Below, in pieces: positions 47,362 through 57,005 of a stretch of DNA of 64,000 nucleotides; position 1 is the stretch's first letter, and every line of letters starts with the position of its first letter. The stretch covers positions 868,001 through 932,000 of the forward strand of contig CM026548.1 in assembly GCA_014905635.1 (NCBI GenBank). The letters are read 5' to 3'. Below the pieces are notes generated by a model. The model made no database searches, was not told where the DNA came from, and saw nothing but the letters and a program-made list of their open reading frames with translations. Made by a program: the position numbers and the translations under genes. The stretch comes from Scenedesmus sp. PABB004. Its lineage: Eukaryota.

Positions 47362-50161
47362 GTGGCGGCGCGGCGGCGGGGCTGTGAGTTTGCCCGCGCG
47401 CAGCACACGCCGCGCGCGCAGCGCCCGGCCCGGCCCGCGCGGCCGCGGCCCGCGGCGCGGCGCCCGTGCAGCCGCCACCGCCGCCGGCCGCTGCACCTTG
47501 AGGCTGAACGCCAGCAGCTTGGCCTCGCTCTGGTCAAAGAACTCGTCAAGCCACTCGTCGCCCGGCTCGAGGCGCAGCCGGCCGAGCGCCCACGCGCCGA
47601 CCGCGAGCTCCGCGGGCGTCATGCTGTGCAGCAGCTGCAGCGTCGCGCCGAAATAGGCACCCAGCCACGCGCGGTCCGGGAGGCAGCCGAGGTGGCTCAG
47701 CGCCCACAGCACGTTGCTGAGCGCCTGCGGGCCCATCGCGTCGAAGCGGCCCCGCAGCGCCGCCATCACGGCGTCCAGCCAGCCGCGGCTCGGCCGGACC
47801 TGCGGCGCGGGACGGCCGGCGTCGGGGCGCGTCGCGGCGCGGCGCGGCGCGGCGGCGCGGCGCGGCGCGGCGGCGCGGGGCGGGCGCCCGCCCGCCCGCG
47901 CGGGCGCGCCAGGCCGGCGGCACTCCCGCGCGCGTGCGCCGCAGCGGCGCACCTCCATGTGCGCCAGCCCGACCAGCAGCATGGCGAGGGCTTTGGGATC
48001 CATGCCCTCCAGATGCTCCTCGGCGTGCCCCAGCAGCGCGCCCAGCCACGCCTGCGGCGGCGGCGCGGCCTGCAGCGGCGGCGACGGCAGCGGCGGCACG
48101 GCGCCGCGTCAGCCGAGCACAGCCGCGGGGCGCGCCCAGCGGCGGCGCCGGCGCGGCGCGCGCAGGGCCGCGGCTCGGCACCCACCCGCACGGCCGACAG
48201 CCCGCGCAGCAGCACCGCCACCTCGTCGCCGCGCAGCGCGGCCAGCGTTGGCTGCGTGTCCGCATAGAGCGCGGCAAGCCACGCGTCGCTGGGGCGGTGC
48301 TGCAGCCGTCCCAGCGCCCACAGGGTGCCCGCGAGGTGGCGCGGCGACAGCCCGGCCAGCTGGTGCTGCATGTGCAGCAGCAGCGAGTCCACAAACTCGC
48401 CGGCGCGCTCCAGCTGCGCGGCGCGGCAAGGCGGCGGCGGCTGAGCCCGTGCGGGCGGCGGGCGGCGCGGCCGCGCGGCGCCGCGCTGCGCGCGCCGCGC
48501 TGGCGCACCTTGCCGGCGGCCTGCAGCCGCGCGACGCTCGTCAGCAGCGCCGCGCCCGTCGCGCCGTCCACGCTCGGCAGGAGCGCGGCGGTCGCGGCCA
48601 GCACCTCGCCCAAGAAGGCCTGCGCGCGCGGGGAGGCGGCGGCGGCGCGCGGTCAGGCCCCGGCCCGCGGCGCGCCGCGCTGCTGCTGGCCGCGCCGCTC
48701 GCCGCGCCGCTCGCCGCGCCGCTCGCCGCGCGCCGCCCGCGCACCTGCAGCGCGGCGTTCTCCTTGCGCAGCAGGCGGCGCCCCGCAAACGGCTCCAGGA
48801 GCTGCGCGAGGCGCGCGAGGCAGCAGGCGAGGCTGACCACGTTGAGCCGCCAGGCGTAGCGCTCAAACACCTGCGGCCGGCCGCGCCGAGCGAGCGCGCA
48901 GGCGGGCGGGCGTCGGCGACGCGGCGGCGACGCGGCGGCGTCGCGGCGGCGGCGCCGCGCCGGGCCGGCAGCGCGCGCGCGCGCGTCGCCCGCTGCCCGC
49001 CGCGCACCGAGCGGACTTTGAACCAGTCCGGCGCCTCCTTGATCCAGCGGCTCAGCGCGCGCTCAAACCCGGGGTCCCGGAAGTTTGCGGCGGGGCCACG
49101 CTGCACCCACAGCAGCGCGTCCGCATCGACGCCCTCGGGCCACGCGAGCGCGCCTTCGCCCGCGCCCGCCGCGTCGCTGCCGCCGCCGCCTTGCGGCCGC
49201 CCGCTGCTGCTCGCCGCGGCGTGCGACGCCGCGCGCTCCTCCAGCAGCGTGAACTCTGCCGGCTCCCAGGCGGCGGCCTGCTGCCACGCCTGCTCGTCCG
49301 GCTGCAGGTCCTCCAGCTGCTGCTCCAGCTGCTCCAGCTGCTGCTCCAGCTGCTGCGCCCCCTGCTGCTGCGCTGCCGGCGCCAACGCCGGCGCCGGCGC
49401 CCCGCCCGTGGCGTCCGCCGCTGCGGGCGCCTGCAGGGCGCTCAGGATGGCGACCGCCGCCTGCTGCGCGACCCAGTCGTCGTCGCCGATGCCCGCCGTC
49501 GACGACAGGGGCTCGCCGCCGCCGCCGCTGCGTCGCCGTGCGTGCCACGCCACGCCCGGCGGGCTGCCGAGCACCAGCGCCGTCGCGCGCGGCCCGGGCG
49601 GCGGCGGCGCGACGGCGGCCGCGAGCCAGTCCGGCTGCTGCGGCTGCAGCTGCGGCTGCGGCTGCTGCGCGGGTGGGGGCGGTGGCGGCGGCGGCAGCTG
49701 CTGCTGCTGCGGCGGCTGCTGCTGCTGCTCCGGCGGCGCCGCGTCGCTGGCGGCCGCGAGCTGCTCCGGCGCCACGCACGCCGCCGCGCACGGGCTGCCG
49801 CGCTGCGACCGCCGGCGCACCTGCGACGCGGGCGCGGGGTGACGCAGGGTGACGGCGGCGCGGGCGCCAGGGCGGGCGGCGCGGCGGCGCGCGGGCGGCG
49901 CGCGGGCGGCGCGCGGGCGGCGCGCACCCGTGCGGCCGCAGCGGCAGCGGTCGCCGCGCCGGTGGCGGCGCCGCGGCGCGCCGGCGCGGCGGCGGGCGAG
50001 CCATGGGGCCTGGGGCGCGCGCAGGTGCGGGGGCGCGCGGTGGGCAGCCGCGCCCGCGCCGCAATGGGCGCGTGGCGCGGGCGAGGGCGCGCCCACCTGT
50101 GGCTGCCTGCTGCTGCACCCGGCGCCGCCCGGCGCGGCGCCGGCGCGGCGCCGCGCAGCAT
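46539..50161 (-). CDS. Octotricopeptide-repeat (OPR) organellar RNA-binding protein
   Basis: About 38-aa repeats LSPRHLAGTLWALGRLQHRPSDAWL, MGPQALSNVLWALSHLGCLPDRAWL, MTPAELAVGAWALGRLRLEPGDEWL; transit-peptide-like start. Confidence 0.9.
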
Positions 50162-50454
50162 CCCGGAGCGCGCGAGGGCGCTACTGAACGGGCCGGCGCG
50201 GTCTGCGGGCCATGCGGGAGATCGCTCCCCGGCCTGGCGGGCTGGCGCGGAGTCCGGGCAGCCTGCCGCGTGGCTGGATGCGCCGTTCGCGGGCAATTGG
50301 CGTCGCTGGCGGGCAGCAGCGCGCAGCAGCACGCGGGAGGCGAGCGGGCAGGCGAGCGGGTGCAGCGCAGTTTTGCGGAGAAACGAGCTCCCGATCAGGC
50401 GTGGGCCCAGAGCGCGCCCCCGCCGCTGCACAGCGCGCCGCGCCGCGCGCCGCG

Positions 50455-51465
50455 ATGGAGCAGCAGCGCGCGCCGCCGCCGCCGCCACCGGGCGCCGAGC
50501 CGGCCGGCGGCCCGCACCCGCCCGAATCGGCCCTTGACTTCACGAGCCCGGCCTTTGACGCCGCAGCGGCGCTGGCGGCGACCGATCTGCAGCCGCCCGT
50601 GCCGGGGGCGCCGCTGCTGGACAACGTGAGCAAGTGCGCGGCGCTGCTGCCGCCAGAGGCGGGCGGCCCGACCGCGGCGCCGGCGGCGCCGACGCCAGCA
50701 GAGGTGCGCGCAGCGGCGCGCAGCGCCGGCAGCGGCGCCGCTGCCGCGCGGCCCCGTGCGCCGGCGCCAGCCCGCGCGCGCCCACCGCCCCCGACGGCCG
50801 CGGGTGCCGCCCGCGCGCGCCGCGCCGAGCAGGAGCAGGAGCGCGCGGCGCGCCGGGCCAAGGCGGCGGCGCTCAAGGCGCGCGCCGCGGCGGCCGCCGC
50901 GCGCGCCGAGGCGAGCGTCGCGGCCAGCAGCCTCGGCGCCATCATGTCGCGCGCGGCGGTCGGCCCGCTCGCGCCGCTCGCGCGCTGGGCGGCCGAGGGG
51001 CGCCGCGTGCTGGTCGTCACGCGCCACGCGGCCGGCGTGCGCGGCCGCGCGGTCGGCGTGCTGCGGGGCTTTGACAAGCACCTCAACCTCCTGCTGGCCG
51101 ACGTGGAGGAGAGCTACACGGTCATGTCGCGCGTGCGGCGCGAGCGCGGCGGCGCACGCGGCGCCGAGCAGCAGCAGGCGCGGCCGCTGGAGCAGGAGCA
51201 GCTGGGCCAGCAGCAGCAGGGGCAGCAGCAGCAGGGCCAGCAGCAGCAGGAGCTGGAGCAGCTGGACCTGGAGCAGCAGCAGGGGCAGCAGGGGCAGCAG
51301 CAGCCAGGCCAGCAGGCTGCGCCGGCCCGCGGCGGGCCGCGGCCGCGCGCGCGCTGGTGCCGCAAGCAGGAGCACCGCTTCAGGCGGCTGGAGCAGGTGC
51401 TGATTGTGGGCGACAGCGTCGTGCTGCTCGCCAGCGAGCCGCCGCTGGCGCTGGCGGGCGGGTGA
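50455..51465 (+). CDS. LSM11: U7 snRNP-specific Sm-like protein LSm11 homologue, intronless
   Basis: N-terminal LDFTSPAFDAAAAL...P...DN; GPL...Sm1 (VRGRAVGVLRGFDKHLNLLLADVEESY); long Gln-rich insert; Sm2 (RRLEQVLIVGDSVVLL). Confidence 0.85.
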   Translation: MEQQRAPPPPPPGAEPAGGPHPPESALDFTSPAFDAAAALAATDLQPPVPGAPLLDNVSKCAALLPPEAGGPTAAPAAPTPAEVRAAARSAGSGAAAARPRAPAPARARPPPPTAAGAARARRAEQEQERAARRAKAAALKARAAAAAARAEASVAASSLGAIMSRAAVGPLAPLARWAAEGRRVLVVTRHAAGVRGRAVGVLRGFDKHLNLLLADVEESYTVMSRVRRERGGARGAEQQQARPLEQEQLGQQQQGQQQQGQQQQELEQLDLEQQQGQQGQQQPGQQAAPARGGPRPRARWCRKQEHRFRRLEQVLIVGDSVVLLASEPPLALAGG

Positions 51466-51692
51466 GCGCGCGCGCGTGAGGCTGGCCGCTCTGCGACACG
51501 AGCCGCCGCCGGCGCCGCGAACGTGCGGCCGGGCGCTGCGAGACGCGCCGAGAAACGCGTGCGTTACGATGGAAAGCGCGTTGGAACACCCCCAGACATG
51601 CACTCACACAGCCCGGCTGTGACACCCGCCCACGCTGCGGCGCGTGTCGCAGCGCTCGGCGCGTTCAACTCTCCCCCCCCCTGGGGCGGTGC

Positions 51693-52800
51693 TCACCGCC
51701 CCCGCCCCCCGCTGCCGCTGCCGCTGCCGCCGCTCGGCTTCTTGGCATGCCGCGCCGCCGGCCGCCGGCCGGGCGTGCGCGCGAGGCCCGCGGCGTGCCA
51801 GCCGTCGTGGTCGTGATCGTGCCCGGCCGCCCAGTCCTCGGAGACCTCCTCCGAGTGCGAGTCCTCGTCCTGCTGCCACCAGCGCTGCCGCTGCTGCCCC
51901 CCGCCGCCCGGCAGCAGCGCGCTCGCGCCGCCGGGCTGCTGCTGCAGCTCGCCGCGCGCGACGCCGCTCTGGACCGCCGTGAGCTGCCGGTCCAGGCTGT
52001 ACAGATCCTGCAGCAGCGCCTGCGGATCGAAGCGCACCTCCTCCGCCAGGCTGCTCCTGCGCGCGCGCGGCGGCGGCAGCGGCGGCGGCCGGCCGGTCGC
52101 GCCCGCCCCCGACGCCGCGCGGCACCGCCTGCCGCGCCGCCTGCCGCTCCGCGCGGCGCGCCGCGCGGCGCGCCCCCGGCGCGCTCACTGGAGGCTGCCC
52201 AGCACGCCCAGCATGTCTTGCAGCGCGTCAAGCCCCGCCTCGGCCGCAGCGCCGCCGCCCTTGCGGCCGCAGCCGTACGCGTCGCCCAGGAGTCGATTGT
52301 GCGCGCTGCGCGCGCGAGAGAACAGCCGGTCGACCTCGCCACCAAAGAAGGCATGGTCAAGGCAGCTTAGGTCGGGCTCTTCGTCTGCACCGCCTGCCGC
52401 CGCGGCCGGTGCCGGCGCGGCCGCCTCCTCGTCGCCGCTCGCGAGCACCAGCGCCGTGATCGGCTCGCGGCAGATGGGACAGAGCGGCGTGCGCCGGCTG
52501 CTCGTCCAGGTGTGCAGACACAGGTAGCTGCGCGGCGGCGGCGGCGCCGGCGGCGCTCAGGCGCCGCGGCGCGCCGCGCGGGCGCCGCCGCTGCCGTTGC
52601 TGCCCGCCGCTGCTGGCGGCGCGCGGCCGCGCGGGCGCCGCCGCTGCCGTCGCTGCGCCTCACCAGAACGCGTGGCCGCAGCCCTTCACCGCCGCTGGGT
52701 CGCCCATAGGCGACATGCAGATGCGGCACGACGCCGGGCAGCTCGGCGCGTCCGGCGCCGCCGCCGCCGCGGCGCTCGAGGGGCTGGCCGGCGACGCCAT
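51693..52800 (-). CDS. C3HC4 RING finger protein
   Basis: CRICMSPMGDPAAVKGCGHAF|CYLCLHTW...CPICR; 2 introns. Confidence 0.85.
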
Positions 52801-53049
52801 GGCGTCGTCGTGACCTGGCCGTCTGGGCCCGGCGGAAATGCGCAGCGCGATCGGGAGCGGCGCCACCGGCCTTGGCAGCGGTCGCGCGCTGCGCTTCTGC
52901 GGCCGCTCGCCAACCCCTGCCGCCGGCAAGCTCCGACATGCAGTCCCGGCGCGGCTCGTGTCTGCGCCCCGTCTCTGCCAACCGCCGGCAACCGCTGCAA
53001 GCAACCGCGCGTGCCCGCCGCTGCCGCTGCTCGGCGGCGCGGCGCGGGC

Positions 53050-55431
53050 ATGGCGCCCCGCCGGCGCAGCAGCCGGCTGCCGCTGTGCCTGCTCCTTGCG
53101 GTCCTGGAGCTGCGGTGGGCGCCGGCGACGGCGGCGGCGCAGCAGCAGCAGACGGCCGCGGGCGCCGGCGGCGAAGCGGGCGGCCAGGCGGCGCTCGAGC
53201 GCGACGCGGTGCAGCTGCGGCGCCTGCTCGAGGCGCAGCCCGGCAACGCCATGGCGCACCTGCAGCTGGCCACGACGCTGCACCGGCTGAACCACCTCGC
53301 GCCCGACGGCGGGCAGCGCCTCAACGAGGCGGAGCGCGCGTACCGGTGCGCCGCGCCGCCGCGGCGGCGGCGCCGCTCCGCCGCGGGCGGCGCCCCTGCG
53401 CGGGCGGCGGCCGGCCACCGCCAGCGCGCCCACGCCGCGCCCGCGCGCGCGCGCGCCCGCCCGCGCCGCAGGGCGGCGCTCGACGGCCTGGCCGGCGACG
53501 GCGCGCTCGCGGCGCACGTGCGGGGCAACCTCGGCGCGCTGCTGCTCAGCGGGCCCGACCCCGCCGCGGCGATCGTGGAGCTGCGCGCCGCGCTCGACGG
53601 CGCGGAGCGCGCGGGCCTGCCGCCGGGCGAGCGCGGCGCGGTGCTGTTTAACCTGGGCAAGGGCCTCACCACGCTGGGCGAGCTCGACGCCGCCGACGAC
53701 GCGTACGCCCGTGCCGCGGCCGTGGCGCGCGGCGCCGACTTCGCGTCGTACGCCAAGGCCGTCGCCGCGCCGCGCGCGCTGCCCGACGCCGACGCGGCCG
53801 CCGCGGCGCGCGTCGCGGCGGCGGCGCGCCGCGTCTTCGCCGCGCGCCCGGGGCTCGCCTGGCTCGCCGAGGCGGCGCCCGACGGCGACGGCGAGGCCGG
53901 CGCGGGCGGCGGCGAGGAGGAGGGCATGGCGTGGATCGAGGCGTCGTCGCCGGTGGAGGCGGTGTGGCTCCACTTCGCGCTGCACAAGCACCACCACGCC
54001 GCCAAGTGCGCCGCGGCGCGCACGAGCGCCGCCGCCGCGTCGCGCCGCCCCGCCCCGCCCCGCCCCGCCCCGCCCACCCCGTCCCGCGCTGCCGCGCGGC
54101 CGCGCCGCGCAGGCGCTACGCCCGCGCCTGGCCCTACCTCGCGCTCGGCAACCGGCTCATGTCGGCGCTCGCGCCGCACGACGCGGCGCGCGAGGCGGCT
54201 AACTACGCGCACGTGCGGTCCATCTTTGTGCCGCCGCTGCCGAGCAGCGGCCTGCCCGACGAGAGCGCCGTGTTCATCGTCGGCATGCCCCGCTCCGGCA
54301 GCACGCTCGTGGAGCAGATCCTCGCGAGTCACTCGCAGGCACGCGCTGCGCCGCGCTGCGCCGCGCTGCGCCGCGCTGCATCGTGCTGTGCTGCGCTGCG
54401 CTGCGCTGTGAGCGCTGTGCGCGCTGCCGACGGCGGCCGCCGCGGCGCAGGTCTTTGCCGCGGGCGAGGACACCGCGCTCGCGCCGCTCACGCCGGGGCT
54501 CAACAAGGCGCTCGCGGCGCCCGGCGCCGACGCGGCGGCGTCGCTCGCGCGCTACGGGCGGCGCTACCTGAAGCGCATGTCCGCGCGCGTGCCGCGCGGC
54601 GACGGCTCGCGCTGGCCCACACCCGCCGACGGCCCCGCGCGCGTCGCCGACAAGATGCTGCGCAACCTCTGGCTCGTGGGGTACGTCGAGATGCTGCTCC
54701 CGCGGTCGTGCGTGCTGCACGTCGCGCGGCACCCGCTCGACGTCGCGCTCTCGTGCTTCAGCCAGCCCTTTGGCTACTCCGCGAGCTCGCTCTCGTGGGC
54801 GTGGGACCTGACAGACATCGCGGCGCAGCTGCGCATGGCGTGGGGCCTCGCGGAGCACTGGGACGCCCACTTCCCGGGCCGCGTCCACACGGTGCTCTAC
54901 GAGGAGCTCGTCGCGCACCCGCGCGCCGTCGCGGCGGAGCTGCTCGCCGCGTGCGGCCTGCCCTGGGAGGAGGGCGTGCTCGCGTTCCAGCACACGCGCC
55001 GCCCCGTGCACACCGCGAGCGTGGTGCAGGTGCGCCAGCCGCTCTACGCCTCGTCGGTCGGGCGCTGGCGCGACTACGGCGAGCAGCTGCGCGGCCTGGC
55101 GGAGGAGCTCGCGCCGCTGGTCGAGCGCTACGAGGCGCGGCTCGCCGCGCGCCTCGCGGCGCGTGCTGCCGCCGAGCCGGGCGGCGGCGCCGAGCCGGGC
55201 GGCGGCGGCGACGAAGCGGGCGGCGGCGGTAAAGACGAGCTCTGCGCCGCCGCGCAGCCGCGTTGCAGCCGGCTCTCAGGGCCAGGCCCGCGCGCTGATG
55301 CGCAGCCCCCGCCGACGTGTCCCCCAGCCCCGGCAGTGTCGCCACATTGCCCCCCCCCCCCTCCCGCCCGTTGCCTCGTGCGTTGGCGGCAGCCGCAGCC
55401 CGCTCAGGGGCGCGTCAGCCCTGCAGCCTGA
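53050..55431 (+). CDS. Signal peptide plus TPR plus sulfotransferase; probably ends at KDEL (55231-55242)
   Basis: TPR helices (AVLFNLGKGLTTLGELDAADDAYARA); PAPS motif VFIVGMPRSGSTLVEQILASH; DKM..N, RHPLDVALSCF, YEELV, TASVVQVRQPLY..SVGRW. Confidence 0.92.
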
Positions 55432-55541
55432 CCAGGCTGACCAGGCTGGCTTGCAGCAGGCTGAGCTGATCAGGCTGAGCTGCAGCTCAGCCTGATCAGC
55501 TGATGAGGCCGAGCTGATTTGATCAGGTCTGGACCTGATCA
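55424..55541. repeat. Cluster of short palindromes built from CTGATCAG/CAGGCTG/CAGCTG words
   Basis: 38-bp perfect palindrome 55464-55501; 10-bp stem 55520-55541; 7-bp stem 55424-55439. Confidence 0.9.
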
Positions 55542-55549
55542 GCCCCGTG

Positions 55550-56753
55550 TCAGCGCGGCGCCTGGTCGTGGAAGATCTCGTCCACCAGCGTGGCCAGCGC
55601 TATCACAAACGCAGCGTCGACGCCGGGCTCAATCGTCACAAAATACTTGCCCGCGTCCTTCGCCACCATGCTCCTGCGAGCGCCGCGCGTTTGGCGGCGG
55701 CGGTGGTCAGGGGCGGGCGGGGCAGGGGCTGCCCGCGCGGCGCGGCGGCGCGGCGGCGCGGCGGCGCACGGCGCACATGAGGAACGCGGTCTTGCTGGCG
55801 AAGCGCGACTCCTGCGCCGCCGCGGCGGGCGCGGCGGGCATGCTGCGCGTTGTGCGCGGCGCGCGCGGCGCGCGGCCCGCGCGCGGGCACGCTGCGCGCT
55901 GCGCGTACGCGCCTTGTGCACGGTCGCGATCGCGGCGTGCCCGCCGCCGGGGCGTCCGCGCAGCTGCACGATCGTGAACTTCTTGGCGCGCAGGTCGCCC
56001 TGGATGACGTAGTCCTCGTTGTCGTCGCCGTCGTTGAGGAAGACCTTGACGCCTGGCAGCGGGCGGGGCGGCGCGGCGCGGCGGGCGCACGCGTGTGCCA
56101 CACGAACCCGCCCGGCTCAGCGCGCGCGGCGGCGGTCGCTGGCTGGCCGCCGCGGCGCGGCGCCGCCTCCCCGCGCACCGACGCCGAGGCCCATCGACGG
56201 CCGCACGGACGCGATGAGCTTGCGGTCCGCCGCGCGCGCGACGAGCCACGTGCCGCGCAGGGACGGGACCTTGCGCTCGATGAGCACGCAGGGATGACCG
56301 TAGGCATCGAACAACGCGCGCGGAGCGGTCAGCGCGCCGTACCCGGCGGCCTGCAGGCGAAAGTACGGCGTGCCTTTCTCGTCGGTGATGGAAAAGTTGT
56401 CGGTCGTGCGGTACATGCCGAGCTGCGTGGCGCGGCGCGGTGGTCCACCGCCACCGGGGGGGGGGGGCGCCGCACACGTGGCGGCGCGCGACCCCCCGGC
56501 GCAGAGGGCGTGCCGGGCACGGCACGCCCAGGGGGGCACCGCTGCGACCCGGCCGGGCGGCGCCAGCCGCCGGCGCACCTGCTCCTGCATTATGAGCACC
56601 GTCTGCGTCGGCAGGCAGAACCGCGGGTCCACCAGCGCTGCGCGCGGCGGGCGGGCGGCACCGGTGACGTTGCTGCTGCGCCGCGACCACGCGCCGCCGC
56701 CGCCGAAGGCGCGACACCACGACGCGCTCACGCATGCTGAGGACGGCGGCCAT
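55550..56753 (-). CDS. LURP-one-related (Tubby C-2/LOR) protein
   Basis: LVDPRFCLP, DNFSITDEKGTPYFR, RALFDAYGHP, DYVIQGDLRAKKFTI, YFVTIEPGVDAAFVIAL. Confidence 0.9.
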
Positions 56754-57005
56754 GGCGAGGGCGGGCGGTTGGAGCTTGCGCAGGCCCACGTGCGCGGGGG
56801 GCTGGGAGCGTGGCGGCGAGGGCTGCTCGCGCGAGCGCAGCCTGCTGCCGAGACGCGACCGGCCGATGAGTGCGGCGGCTCTCGAGCGCGGCGGACGCGC
56901 GGGCGCAGCAGGCGGTCGCAGGCCGCGGCGCCGCAAACCGATCGAGCTGACGCCGAGGTGAGCGGGTGCGCCGGCGCGCACGGGGCCCCCCGCACGTGGC
57001 TCTAC

